From assembly GCF_000143415.4 (NCBI RefSeq), contig NW_003314268.1, positions 1,220,768 to 1,284,767 of the forward strand: a DNA stretch of 64,000 nucleotides. Direction: 5' to 3'. The position numbers and the translations under genes were made by a program. Below the pieces are notes generated by a model. That model worked only from the letters and a program-made list of their open reading frames with translations. It did no database searches and was not told where the DNA came from. This stretch comes from Selaginella moellendorffii (taxonomy: Eukaryota; Plantae; Lycopodiophyta). Shown here in pieces: positions 25,792 to 37,965 of the stretch (within the stretch, counting starts at the first letter, position 1; each line of letters opens with the position of its first letter).

Positions 25792-26278
25792 CGGGGCGTC
25801 GCCGATCACACCTCTTCTCCACGCCCTAGACTTGAGTAGCCCTAAAAATGTATATTATTTTGCGAAAGTAATTATATAAAGCTACAGATGTAAAACATAT
25901 TTACTTTGATTTTAAAAACGTTTATAATAGCATATGCTAAAATATCCTAAAATATAATGGAATATTCAGTTTACTTAATTTGTAAAGATATCGAGAATAT
26001 ACGTAATATTACGCGATAGTTACATGGAATTCTAACCATCTGGTAAGTGTCCACATGGCATTTCAAGTCTTTCCAAAGTGAAATATTCAAGGGTAACTAA
26101 CCGGTTCAAACGCAAGTAAAAATGTACATATACCGTGTTGTATTACGCCTTGAATGATAGCAAGTCAGTGCAATGAAACTAAACCAGCTGGAAAACCTTT
26201 TACTTTGGAGGAAGATTTCTTTCGTGCCATCTCCTCTCCTCTTTTCTTGCGTCTTGATCCTTTCTCTAGCTCGTGAAA

Positions 26279-27549
26279 ATGCTCTCCCAGTCGGCATTGC
26301 TCTTGCCAGGCTCGAGATCGCAGCAGATAGCAAGGATTGCTTCTCGCCCATACCGCTTTCGCGCCCAGCAATCGTTCCCCGGCAATCCAAAAGTCTCAAA
26401 TCCCATGGATGGTTGGCTGAGGAGCAACGAAGCGCGATCCAAGAACGAAGGATGCGTCGCAGCGGTCACGGGCCACAAAGACGCTGGAGTGCCCGTGGCG
26501 GAGGCGTTGATGAGCGCAGCAAGAAGCTTGGAATCCGGGGCCGCTGTGGTGGAATTGGCGTCATCGGGCAAGCTGGTGCTTCTTCCCAATGCTTTCCACC
26601 TCGAGTTCCTGGACGACTGCTTCTTGCCCGGCCATTCTTCGATCGGCTTCGCCCAGCATTCAAAGATCCAAGCTCTTTCAAGATCCTGGCGGCAGATCCT
26701 GGGCATGCATGCGCCTTCTGTGGATTCCTCGTCGGCATGGAGCTCGACGTCCCGATCAATGGCCTCGAGGGCGGCGACGGCGACACTGCATCCGATTTTC
26801 TCAAGGTGGTGGATATTTGCAGGCGGATGGTCGGGCCTGTCGCAGCTATCTGGATCGTTCGAGGAAAGATGTATGAGTTTTCGGATCAAGACTGTGGCTA
26901 CTGGCTCTCTTCCGACGATCAGAGCGTCAAGGCTGGTGCTTCCGGCCTCAATGCAGCAGTGGTGATTCGACAGGTCATGCCTGGCGAGCTGGTTTGCATC
27001 GACGGCAACGGCACCACGTCCAGAGTCCAATTCAACGCCGGCGAACGATCACTGGAATGTGGCATCGAGGTCTTCATCCAATCGTCATGGAACTACCGGA
27101 TCCATCGTCTCCGGAGAGCTCTCTGCAAGCGCCTGGCACAGCTTCCGTTACCAGAGGTTTGGATCAGGGCGATGGTCATAGCCGACGGACGCGAGAATGA
27201 TCGCTTGGCCGAGGAATTCGCGAAGGCTAAAGGGTTCTCGTATTCCAGAATTGGCCACCATAGCTTTGGAGAGCTTGTGCGAGGTAACCGAGTACTCGTC
27301 GTCGGCTCGTCATACCAGAGGGCTCTTGAGAGTGTCACACGTCTCAAGGGAGGAGAGTATGGGCCGGGTGTCATCCATGTCCTACTTTTCTCTCCAGTGG
27401 TGACCATGGATTGCTGCTACAGCAAGCTGGCGACCATGGTTTCGCAGCAGGAAGTGGACGTGAAATGGCTTCCGGTGGAGGATTTCTACGACGTCGTGGC
27501 CCAGGAAACTGGGAAAACTCCGTGCTGTGCTTGCTTGAGAAACGCCTGA
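26279..27549 (+). pseudogene. Highly divergent amidophosphoribosyltransferase (ATase/PurF)-like gene with one frameshift near 26670
   Basis: The first frame gives a transit-peptide-like N-terminus plus NEGCVAAVTG...LPGHSSIG. The second frame gives IRQVMPGELVCID, LECGIE, VRGNRVLVVGSS, IHVLLFSPVVTMDCCY and KTPCCACL. By eye these are collinear with plant ATase motifs EECGVVG, LPG..AIG, REV.PGE, CIFE, GKRVVVVDDS, VHMRIASPP...CYY and CxAC. Confidence 0.72.
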
Positions 27550-27826
27550 GAGTTTGTAACTTTGAACCATCTGAAATAACATGTTCTTTTTCGTTTCCTC
27601 CCTGGTCAACGAGTCAACGACCATGCCGGGCTTTGACCCGGGCGCGGACCGAGGTCAACGCCCAGCCGGTGACTGCTCGGACAGCCCTTCGGACTCTCTC
27701 TCGAATATCCCATGATTATAACTCTTACGCATTGACTTCAAAAGAAACGAAACCTTAGGGGATCTTTGTAAGAAACCAGAGTGAAAAAACAAAGTTAGAT
27801 TGGCGAGTCAGTAACTAACAAGATCA

Positions 27827-28183
27827 TCAATGAACAAACGCTAATCTTGCGAGGTGCTCCACGCACGAGTAGTACTCGAGCTTCCTGATCTTCGAGGCCC
27901 AAAACGATCCAGGCGTGGAAGAGAAAGGGCTGGATCGTTTCTTCTTGTTGGCTCGTCTGCTGCTGGATTCGTGCTGCTGCTGCTGCTGCCGCTGCTGCTC
28001 TCGATTCTCCTCCTGCTCTTCGCTCTCGATCCCTTCAGGGATCGTTTGCAAGGTGGGATTTAGCCTCTTCTGGCGGCGGCGGAGATAGGCGCGCTGCATT
28101 TGCTCCTCCTCGCTGATGAGCATCCCATTCCGGACGAGATCTCGCTGGAAGAGCCCGCCCCTTGGCCGGCACCAGCGACCCAT
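27827..28183 (-). CDS. Small unknown protein (118 aa) with a PTLQTIPE motif
   Basis: ATG-initiated ORF with gene-like composition in the gene island. PTLQTIPE resembles the (W)xPxLxxIxE motif of small plant proteins. Family not identified. Confidence 0.5.
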   Translation of the reverse strand: MGRWCRPRGGLFQRDLVRNGMLISEEEQMQRAYLRRRQKRLNPTLQTIPEGIESEEQEENREQQRQQQQQHESSSRRANKKKRSSPFSSTPGSFWASKIRKLEYYSCVEHLARLAFVH

Positions 28184-28453
28184 TGCCCTAATTCGCCCAA
28201 ATTCCTAGATTGCCCTCACCGATCGATCCCAATCGGCCAAATCGTTAGCTCCCATCGTTTAGCTCCTATCGCTGGCCGGCTTACCTCATCTCCATCCTGG
28301 AAGACGTGGATGGGGGCCACGTGTCGTGGATCCCACCAATCGTGACGTGGCTATTTTCTTACTCTTTAAATCGTGACGTGGACGTATGACGTGTCATTGA
28401 TGTTGACGTTGTACTGCTCAAATGATTTTCCCGCGCTAGGGTTCTTCCGATCG

Positions 28454-31400
28454 ATGGAAGTGATTGAGGTGGAGAACGCCTGGCCGGACGTGGACGGATT
28501 CCTCACGCGCATTGTGATGGAGACGAGCGCTAGGTCGAGCGTCAAGCCGCCGCTCCCGCTCAGGCCGGCGCTGTGCGGGGATATGGATCCGGATCGATCG
28601 CTGCTCTCTCTCGGCGGCAGCGATTTTAGCGGTGGTAGCAGCTCGATCTCGCGGAAATCCGTGTCGGCAGCGTCTTCGGCGTCCAAGAAGCTCTGCGTCG
28701 AGGTGCCATGGCGATATTTCGAGGTCATGTACAGCGTCAAGAAGAAAAACTCCAGGAAGCCAGGGCCGCGATCCGATGGCGTTCTTGCGGTCCAGGGATC
28801 GAGCTACAATCTGCTCGACAAGGACGGCAAGTCGATCAGCAAAAGAAAGATTTCGGGAAAAGAAATCAAAGAGAATTCTTCTCTCGAGGTCAGGAGTTCT
28901 TTCACTCGATTAAGAAAATGTCATTATCCTGGCGCAGGTTTTCAACTTTGTGATCGAAGTATTGGACGAGATCCCCGAGGAAGAGTACCTCAGCGGGAAG
29001 ATCTTCTCAACGAGCAGGCCTACCTTTCCTTCTTCCGAAGGATCGGACATTACTGTCGAGTCCGCTCGGAATCCTGGAAGGTAAATGATTCTAATCATCT
29101 TCGATCGTGATTGAATTTATGTGGTCAGAGAAAGGCTGTCTAGGCCAATGCAGATTCTGGAGGTAAATTACGTAAATTTCCACCACAGCCAGTAACTAAC
29201 GATGGTTGAGCACAGAAAGACCAGCTTGTTCTCAACATGGCAGAAGTTGCAAATGGCGCTGCTCCAGTCGTTGTTGATCCAGTAAGTTGATATTTACTGT
29301 CGCTTGTATTTTCTAAGGTATTTTTTCTTTCAGTACATCGCTTCTAAACTTCGACCGCACCAGAGGGAGGGAGTGAAGTTTATGTACGAGTGCGTCATGG
29401 GACTGAGATCTCGCACATTTACTGGCTGTCTACTAGCTGACGAAATGGGTGAGATATCTCGAGTTTTATAGGTTAAATACTTAAGTCGCGAGTTTTTGGG
29501 CCAGGTCTCGGGAAAACTGTGCAAGTCATTGCACTGATTTGGACGCTGCTTCGTCAGGTAAATTGTTCTTTTCAGTTTTTGTGCTCGGCTTACATTTGGG
29601 TTCATATGGCAAGGGTTCTGGAGGAGTTCCCGCTGTAAGGCGAGCAGCAGTTGTTTGCCCGTTGACGCTAACCCGAAATTGGGGAAAAGAGGTGGTTAAT
29701 AGCTAGAAACGAACAAGCTTAACTGGACAGCATTTCCAGGTGCGTAAGTGGCTGGGCTCGGAAAGGTTGAAAGCAATGGTCGTCGACTGCGCAAGAGAGG
29801 TACTTAATACCAGAGAAAACAACTAACTAGATGCTTTCATATTTTAGGCAGCAGAAAAGATAATCGACTTCAAAAACGACAGCTTCTGTCCTCTTTTAAT
29901 CACGTCGTATGAAATACTAAGGAAGCACAAGGATATTGTTGCCTCGACGAATCTTGAGCTTCTTATCTGCGATGAAGCTCATCGACTGAAAAGCTGGTAA
30001 TACTATACACTTGTTTAATTCTTTACAGCGAGAACAACCAATGGTTCAGCAAGGGAAACAAAACGATTGCGTCACTGGCTTCGTTGAACTGCAACAAGAG
30101 GATTTTACTCGTAAGATTTTGTAGCCTTCACGGCTTTCTAACGCCTGGCTCTGACTGGCAGACTGGAACACCCGCCCAGAACAACTTAAGCGAGTTTTAT
30201 GCTTTGCTTGATTTTGCCAATCCAGAGCTATTGGGTTCCTACAACGAGTATAAGAATATCTACGCTTCTCCCATTGAGCAAAGTCGGGATCGCAACGCCA
30301 GGTACGTTTTTCAATCTGTGAAGAGGAAATTAATGCTTGTTGTTTGACAGCCACGCTGAGAAAGAATTAGGCTCAGAGAGATCGGAAGAGCTGAAACAAA
30401 TGACAAGCTTTTGCATCCTTCGAAGGACATCTGAGATAAACAAGGAGCACCTTCCACCGAAATCAGAGTAACCGGTTATTTACCAAAGTTTCTACTGTTT
30501 TAGCTTTTTGTTTTGCAGGTACGCCGTGTTTTGCAAACTTCACGATGTTCAGATTAGTCTTTACGAGATATTTGTCAAGTCTCAGGTAAACACTGGCATA
30601 GTACTATACTTCTCAGCTGGTCTGTGGCAATGCAGTTCGTACGAACCATGCTAAACTCAGATATTCAACGTGCGCACGTTCTTTCTGCAATTGGAGCGCT
30701 GCGTAAACTTTCAAGCCATCCGGGGCTGCTACAGAGTGATATGAAGCACGTTACGAGCGCGGAAATTAAGAATCAACCATTTTTTCATCGCGCCGAAGAA
30801 TTGCTTGATCTTTCTGATGTCCAAGCATCCTTGAGGTACGACAATTACAGTTAGCCGTGGCCAAGTTGCTACTTGTGCAGAGATGTCGTGAGGCACGATT
30901 GGAGCCTATCTGGAAAGTTCGTGTGCTTACAACATCTTCTTTTAGCGACTATACAATGCAACGACAGAATTGTGATCGCTTCCAACTTCACACAAACCTT
31001 GGACTTGATAGAGGTTCGAAGGGCTTGCGTTTTTCTGAGTGTTTCTTAATTTTTAAATCTTGCAGGCAATGTGCAATGAACACTCATGGAAGTTCGTTCG
31101 ACTGGACGGTGGAACCATGATATCGGAAAGACAGTCACTCGTCGAACGGTTCAATCGAAGAATTGGAGAGGCGTCGATCTTCCTCCTGTCCTCCAAAGCT
31201 GGTGGAACTGGCCTGAACCTCATTGGGGCAAACAGGCAACAACTATCTGATGTCATCCATCTTCAAGGGAGCTCTTTATAATCTTGTTGTTTGCCTTTCA
31301 GGCTCGTTTTAGTCGATCCAGATTGGAATCCAGCAAACGACGCGCAGGTATGAAGACTGATAAGCTGTCCCATCTCACCTTCTCTGGTTCCAGGTGATGA

Positions 31401-31983
31401 GTCGAATATGGAGAGAAGGCCAGCCGAAACCAGTAAAAATATACAGGCTTCTGTCCACTGGCAGGTACGTCTATGACGTCGAAGTCTCGGCATTAATCGT
31501 TGAATTTTCAGCATCGAGGAGAAGATATATCAACGGCAAATCATGAAAAAAGATCTGACGTCTTTCTTTGGTGATCAGTCCACATATCAACCTACCTGTA
31601 AAAGAACGAACGACCAGAAGTTTAGCCGGCAGGAACTCAGAGAGCTTTTAAAATTGCCTTCGGTACATTTTTCAGCATTGTTTTCGCAGCAACAAACGTC
31701 AAACATTGTTATGCAGGAAACAAAATGCGAGACATATGATCTACTGTGCCGGCTCAACACGCAACTGGAGGACAAATGGAAAGACTCGTCAGGAATGCTG
31801 GATGACCACGTCTTACAGAGCGCGGTCGAATCGGGAGTGACTACGTTCGTGTCAGCTGACTCGCCTCAAACGCAACAAAGCAGCGGAGGTCTCGAAAGGT
31901 ACATAACTTACAATAGACTTTTCTTAGCTTTTACTTGACTGGGGCATCGCAGAGACACAGGCTTGGATTGTGGAGCATGTTAA
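28454..31983 (+). CDS. RAD54B: RAD54B/Rdh54-like SNF2-family DNA translocase, many short exons (3' end uncertain)
   Basis: [108 protein letters not shown] and IEEKIYQRQ. The N-terminal YFEVMY...DGVLAV block is RAD54B-like. Confidence 0.85.
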
Positions 31984-33415
31984 TAGAAAAGTTCGATCGA
32001 TCAAACTTCACTGCGCCTCCATTAACCAGCATCGCAAGAGAATGAAGATTTCACCTTATCAGGTTAGCTCGAAAAGGAAAGAGAGTTCCTCTCGATAACG
32101 TTGTTCTGGCAGGAAAAAAGTTAGCTACCATCTCTCTTTAAAACGGGAACCAAAAGCGGCATTGTTCTCAACAAACCAACCGATTGGCGGTTCCATCATC
32201 TTGACTTTCAGAGCTAGTTCTAAATAACGCGAAACTTTCTCAGCAACTCAGGGACAACAACTAGGGGACCTGACAACCAAGCAAGGCAAATTTCCCCACC
32301 CTTGATATCGATCTTCCAACTTGGGGACTGGGCAACCACGACAGCGAGAGGTATGTAGATTTTATGCTTTCTCTCTTGCTCACGTTACGCTTGACTGGGA
32401 CTTCCACATTCAGTAAAAGGTAGTGGAGCAAAATTGCGGGCGGTGCTGCTGCTAGTGTTGGTACGTCAATGCTTTTTCACAAGTACTCCACCTTAGCTTG
32501 GGAAGCGGTAAGCAAATCTTTATATGATATTAGTTGCTAGTGTTGCCTCCATAATCTCTATTGATTGATGGCTTTGCTTGTCCACCAGGATTAATAAGTG
32601 CTTTGCTTTGGTGCTCTAGTCTCTCATTTCGAAGATCCAAAAACAAAAAAACGTTGGTGGAGTGGACGATGGATCGATGGGCGATAGATTTCTTCGATTA
32701 ATCAAACTTACGAGCGCACACGGAGAAAGAATTGCGAGACGGCGACGTTTGCGTTGTAGGAAAGGTCAACATACGAATTGCAATCCCGAGTTGATTAAAA
32801 TCGAAATCAATGCAATCGATACCGGCACCCGATTCGACGGCCGCGATGCGCGCATGCGGCCATCGTAACAAACGGGCATCGGACGGCGGGACGGCCCCGA
32901 CACGTGGCATGCATTCAGCCACGTGGATGATCGGACGGCCGCTGGCTGTTGGACGCCGGAATGGCCAGGCGATTCGAGCGCGCACCATGACAAATGCAAA
33001 GAAGACGGGGGAGAGGAGCAGGATGGCGATGGCTATGGCGGAGATCGAGAGGCATCTCCCTTGTCGCCGCCTCCTCGTGTAGCTAGCTGCGCTCCAGTCG
33101 CGATCGATTTGGCGGTGGCGAAAGGAAAGGGCTGGTGTGGATTTGCCCGAGCCGGAGCTAGGGTTTGAGGCGTTCGTCGCGGAGGTGAGTTCTTGGCGCT
33201 CTAGGCGCTGGGGGTACTGATCGAATTTCGGCAGGGGAAGCTCCTGGCTGATCGAATTACTCGAGTAGATACTAGATCGTAGCTGATATTTCGGAGAATC
33301 GCGGCTTATGGATGAGGAGGAAAAAGGGTATCTGGGCGATGGTTGAAAGGATCATCATCTTCAGCTGCTGCCGCGGTGGCTAGGGATTCAACCGTCGATC
33401 GGGGGTGTGGCAGCC

Positions 33416-35209
33416 ATGTCCGGGAAGAAATCCTCGACGCTGACGCCGCTGTGGAGCGTGATCCAAGACATCAAAGGGATTGGAAGCATCTCTAGGAGGA
33501 GTTTTGAGGTGAAGCTGCCGACGTATAGTCGATCGAGGTCTCACAGCGCCGCGCAAGATGCCGCTGGCCGGCATCAATTTGGGGAGAGTGGCCAGCAGAG
33601 CCGCTGGGCCAACATGCCACCCGAGCTCCTCCGCGACGTGATCCAAAGGGTGGAAGCCAGCGACAAAATGTGGCCGTCGCGGAAGAGCGTCGTCGCCTGC
33701 GCGGCCGTGTGTAGGAACTGGAGAAAAATCACCAAGGAGATCGTGCAAACTTTGGAGCAGTGTGGAAGATTGACGTTCCCAGTTTCGCTCAAACAAGTAA
33801 GTTCTTTCTCTCTTTTTTCATTTGAGTCCTTGATCGTCCGGAAGTTCTTTCTCCTTTCTTCATTTGAGTCCTTGATCGTTCAGAACTTTCTCTTTCTTCT
33901 TTTTTTAATTGGAGTCCTCGATCCTCCAAAAGTTCTTTTTCTTTCTTTTTTTTTCCCATTTGAGTCGTCGATCGTCCAGGAGTTCTTTCTCTTTCTTCTT
34001 TTTTTCAATTTGAGTCCTCGATCCTCCAGACTAGTACTAGAAGTCAGGAGATCAGATGCTTCGCTTGTCACGCCCTTTCAAGTTTTCTGGACCCTTCCCA
34101 AAGTTTTTGTTTTCTTCTCGAATTAATCTCTCTCTGTTCCTTTGTTTTCTTTTTGTTCGTTCTGAACTTTGTTTGTGCTTGCAGCCTGGGCCGCGAGACG
34201 CTACCGTGCAATGCTACCTTAAACGCGACAGGACAACTTCGACGTATTATCTCTATCTGGGTATTACTCCGAGTAAGCCATCCAAAAGTCTCGGCCACAC
34301 TGTTTACGTTTCCTCTGAAACAGATGTGCTAGAAAACGGGAAGTTCCTGCTAGCGGCTCGAAAGTTTCGGCGAGCCAGTGGAACGGACTACATCATCTCC
34401 ACTGATACGGACGACTTCTCTCGTGGGAGCAACACCTACGTTGGAAAGTTGCGGTACGTTTCTTCCTTAAAAACTAGACACTGAAAAGCAGCCTGCGAAT
34501 CCCCGCTTTTTGCAGATCGAACTTCATGGGCACGAAGTTCACTTTATACGACAGCAACCCTCCGCACGACGGTGCTGTGGCCTCCACAAACAGAGCAGGC
34601 CGGAGGATCCTATCCAAGCAAGTCTCTCCAAGAGTTCCAGCCGGGAGCTACAACATCGCCCACATCGCGTACGAGCTCAACGTACTGGGGACAAGGGGCC
34701 CCCGGCGCATGGAGTGCACCATTCACTCCATCCCGGCGTCGGCCATGGAGCCCGGGGGATGCGCGCCGACGCCGCTGGAGAGCGCGACTTCCATGGACGA
34801 GGCCTCCATGCTCCCGCCGCTGCTTCTCCCGGTGGGGGCCAAGTCCTCCAAGGTGGCGGCGCTGGATGGATTGGAGGGGCTGGAAGTGGCGAGCAAAGGC
34901 AAGCCGCTGGTGCTCAAGAACAAGCCGCCGCGATGGCACGACCAGCTCCAGTGCTGGTGTCTAAACTTCCGCGGGCGAGTGACGGTGGCATCGGTGAAGA
35001 ACTTCCAGCTGGTGGCGGCCACGGAGATCGGGCAGCCGCCGCAGCCGAGCGATCCGGACAACGTCATACTCCAGTTTGGGAAGATCGGCAAGGACACATT
35101 CACCATGGATTATAGGTACCCTCTCTCGGCATTCCAGGCATTTGCGATCAGCCTCAGCAGTTTTGATACTAAGGACAGCTTACACTGTACTTATGCCTTG
35201 ATGTTCTGA
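33416..35209 (+). CDS. TLP: Tubby-like F-box protein (exons 33416-33796, 34185-34271, ~34324-34454, ~34517-35209)
   Basis: F-box [17 protein letters not shown]...[12 protein letters not shown] and [16 protein letters not shown]. Tub domain [55 protein letters not shown] and [17 protein letters not shown]. Confidence 0.95.
33799..34030. repeat. ~42-50-bp minisatellite (about 5 units) in TLP intron 1
   Basis: Repeated aagttctttctc...tttgagtcct(t/c)gatc(g/c)tcc units. Confidence 0.85.
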
Positions 35210-35529
35210 AGGAATGGAATCCGAGATGGACGGAAGGAGATGAAAGGTGGCAAGGAGAAAAAAGGTGGTGGTACATTTGTTTTGTGTGATTTCTCAAGAT
35301 TACTTGTACATAAGGTGGATTTCAAAGTCTCTCTGTTGTCATTGTTTAACCAATGTTTACTAAAAGATTGTGTGAGGTCTCCAAATAGCGCACATGGAAA
35401 CACCGCAATATATGATAAGAGCATAAAAAGTTGGCGGGACTCGGCACCGAACGCACACTTTGATGACACGCCACCAACCTGTTTTTCTTTCTTGCGTTGT
35501 TGTAGTATATATATGAGCTTTCATGTGCA

Positions 35530-35942
35530 AACGTGCCACGCGGCTTGGCTGTCATGTGTCCCGGGAGACTGAATCCACCCTTGTAATGAAAGAGAAACCA
35601 ATCTTTGGTTATATTAGTGAAAAAGTTTAGAATGAAGTTTTGAAGAACGAATTTGCCTGGTAAGTGTCTAAAGTTAAAGATCGAATCACAATCCCAAGCG
35701 CTAGACCCGCTCTCGCTTTAAAGTGAAATCCAAATTTTTCCATTGACATCCATTTGGTCCGATGCCTCCAGCTGGTCGCCAAAAGACCAACTATGGATTG
35801 GAAAAATAGGCGTCTAGTGCACGTCCACGACGTACATACATACATACATTGCATTGGGCAGTAGCATTTTGCACGTGATTCCGCTTTTCGCGGGAACACG
35901 TTTTCGCCCGCCAATACTCCGTCGCACAAACGGAAACACGTG
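35530..35942 (+). promoter_or_regulatory. Cluster of G-box and T/G-box motifs upstream of the JAZ gene
   Basis: AACGTG at 35530, CACGTG at 35872 and 35937, CACGTT at 35897. MYC-type bHLH factors are known to drive JAZ genes through such boxes. Confidence 0.55.
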
Positions 35943-36288
35943 TGGTAAAAGCGCCGTTTGCGAGACGGAGCTCTGTCAGAGCGACGCATTTGTGTCCCTT
36001 GTATATATGCCAGGGCCAAGTCCTCCCACTCGGGAAGAAGAAAGAGGTTTTTTTTTATGCTTTCCTTTGTGTGGAGCACGAAATCTCGGCGGAACCTTTC
36101 TTCTTCGTCGGCTTGTAATCAAGTAGACTTCTTCTTCCTCTGAAAGATCTCTAGCTCCATTCGTCGAATCTCTTGGTGGGTTTTGGAGGGATTGGAGCGG
36201 AAGGAATGCAGCGAAGTGGCCGTGCGCGGCGATGGTGAGTGTTCGCCCCGGAAGGATAGAACAGCACAAGCAGGTCTCCCCGGACAGG

Positions 36289-37400
36289 ATGATGTTTAAA
36301 GTTCCAGCGAATTCGCTGCCGCCGCCGCCGCCGCCGCCAAGTTCTTCCTCCTCGCAAGCTCCAGCGGACATGGCAGGCAAGAGGAAGTGGCAGGAGGCTT
36401 TCAAAGGGGAGTCGTGCCCATCGTAAGTGGCTTCTGCTCTTGGATCTCTCTAGAATCTTGGGAAGAAGCTCAAACTTTTGGGGCTTTTGATCGCAGTGTG
36501 CCCGCGCCGCCGCACAGATCGCCGCAGCTCACCATCTTCTACGCTGGCGCGGTGAACGTCTACGACAATGTCCCGGAAAACATGGTAAGCTCGAGAGCAA
36601 AATGCGGTTTTTCTTCGTAAAGGACGATCTTTGAGTGGAAAAAGATGGTCTTTTCGTCTGGAATGCCTAGATCCTGACAGCGCTCTCGTGTCTCCAGGTG
36701 AAAGCGCTCATGACACTCGCGGCGGCCAAGAGCTCCAGGCCCGCGGCGCTGATGAGCCAGATCGAGCTCCAGCGGAGTTGTAGCAGCAACAAGACGGGAT
36801 TTGGATTCCAGGCAAACCAATCCAGCTGCAATGGTGGCGGCAGCGCCCGCGCGGGCGTGAAATCGAGCAGCAACGTCGCCAGTAGCAGCACCTCGGGCTC
36901 CTTCTCGTTCCCGGTTCTAGAGACCACGAGCACGTCGCTCAGCTTGAATAGCTCGTACAAGGCCGCGAGCGAGGAGAGATCTAGCGTGCCAGCTCCAGCT
37001 CCAGCGGCAGCGCCGGAACAATCCTCCGGAACAGCGGTGCAAGCATCATCTTCGCCACCTTCTCCGGCGGCTTCTCCGGATCTGCGGGGCATGGGTCCGA
37101 GAACTCGGATGCAAATGCTCCCAGCTGGTAAGATCATAGCCTAGTTCTTGTTTGATTGTCAAGTTGACGCTTTTACTCCTTCCAGGACTTCCGCAGGCCA
37201 GGAGAGCATCGATCCAGCGCTTCCTCCAGAAACGAAAGCAGAAGTGAGTGAGTTTTCTCATTCCCTCTCTCGCGTTTCTCCCGTGTACAAAAGATGAGAG
37301 AGCTTTCTCCCGTTTGCTCGTCGGTCATATTTCTTCATGTGTGTGAAACCGGAACGATTTTGTACAGATCAGTCCTTGGAGCTCCAGTGTCCAGTCACTG
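36289..37400 (+). CDS. JAZ: JAZ/TIFY jasmonate repressor (5 exons)
   Basis: ZIM domain QLTIFYAGAVNVYDNVP. Jas motif LPQARRASIQRFLQKRK followed by an intron at the conserved Jas position (37244-37367). GT-AG introns join in frame. Start codon uncertain. Confidence 0.9.
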
Positions 37401-37900
37401 ACGAGCGATCCACACGTTTTTCAACACCACCTCCGAACTTTTCCATTAGGAAAAACAGACTTTTCCCCGAGAAAAAACCAATTTTTTTTTTTAATTTTTG
37501 GGTGTAGACCAATCTTGTCTAGCCGCAACTTTGTGCAATCTGGCCCCCCCAGTCATGTGTATTCACGTGAATTATTTCGATCCAATGCTTCAAACTTTGC
37601 AACATGTTCATCCTCCCAGCTTTATTTTGTTTGGAGTTTTTCTGTGATGCTGATGTAGGGGCACTGTTTTTGTGAATAGGCAGGTGAACAACAACGGCGA
37701 AGACGACGACGAAGACGCGGCGGCAACGGCGGAGATGAAGCCCACATCGCCACCGCCCGTGGGGCCGCCCACGTCCGCATCAACGGCCCACATTGCCGCA
37801 CAAGTTCCACATTTCCTAAAGAAAAGATAGTACGTTCACGCTAGTGCCACGTCGCTATTAACCCTAATTTCTAAGTCCTGTCCACCTGTAAGAAAAAAGT

Positions 37901-37924
37901 ACACACACACACACACACACACAG
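37901..37924. repeat. (AC)n microsatellite just upstream of the FAX gene
   Basis: Visible directly. Confidence 0.9.
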
Positions 37925-37965
37925 AGGGTTCTAGGGCTTAGCTAGGGTTTTCCTCGGCGCGAGCG

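Noticed and set aside
26173-26660. N-terminal part of the 458-aa ORF as real protein
   Set aside because: ATase-like motifs in this interval are in the other frame (ATG 26279), so this part is off-frame read-through.
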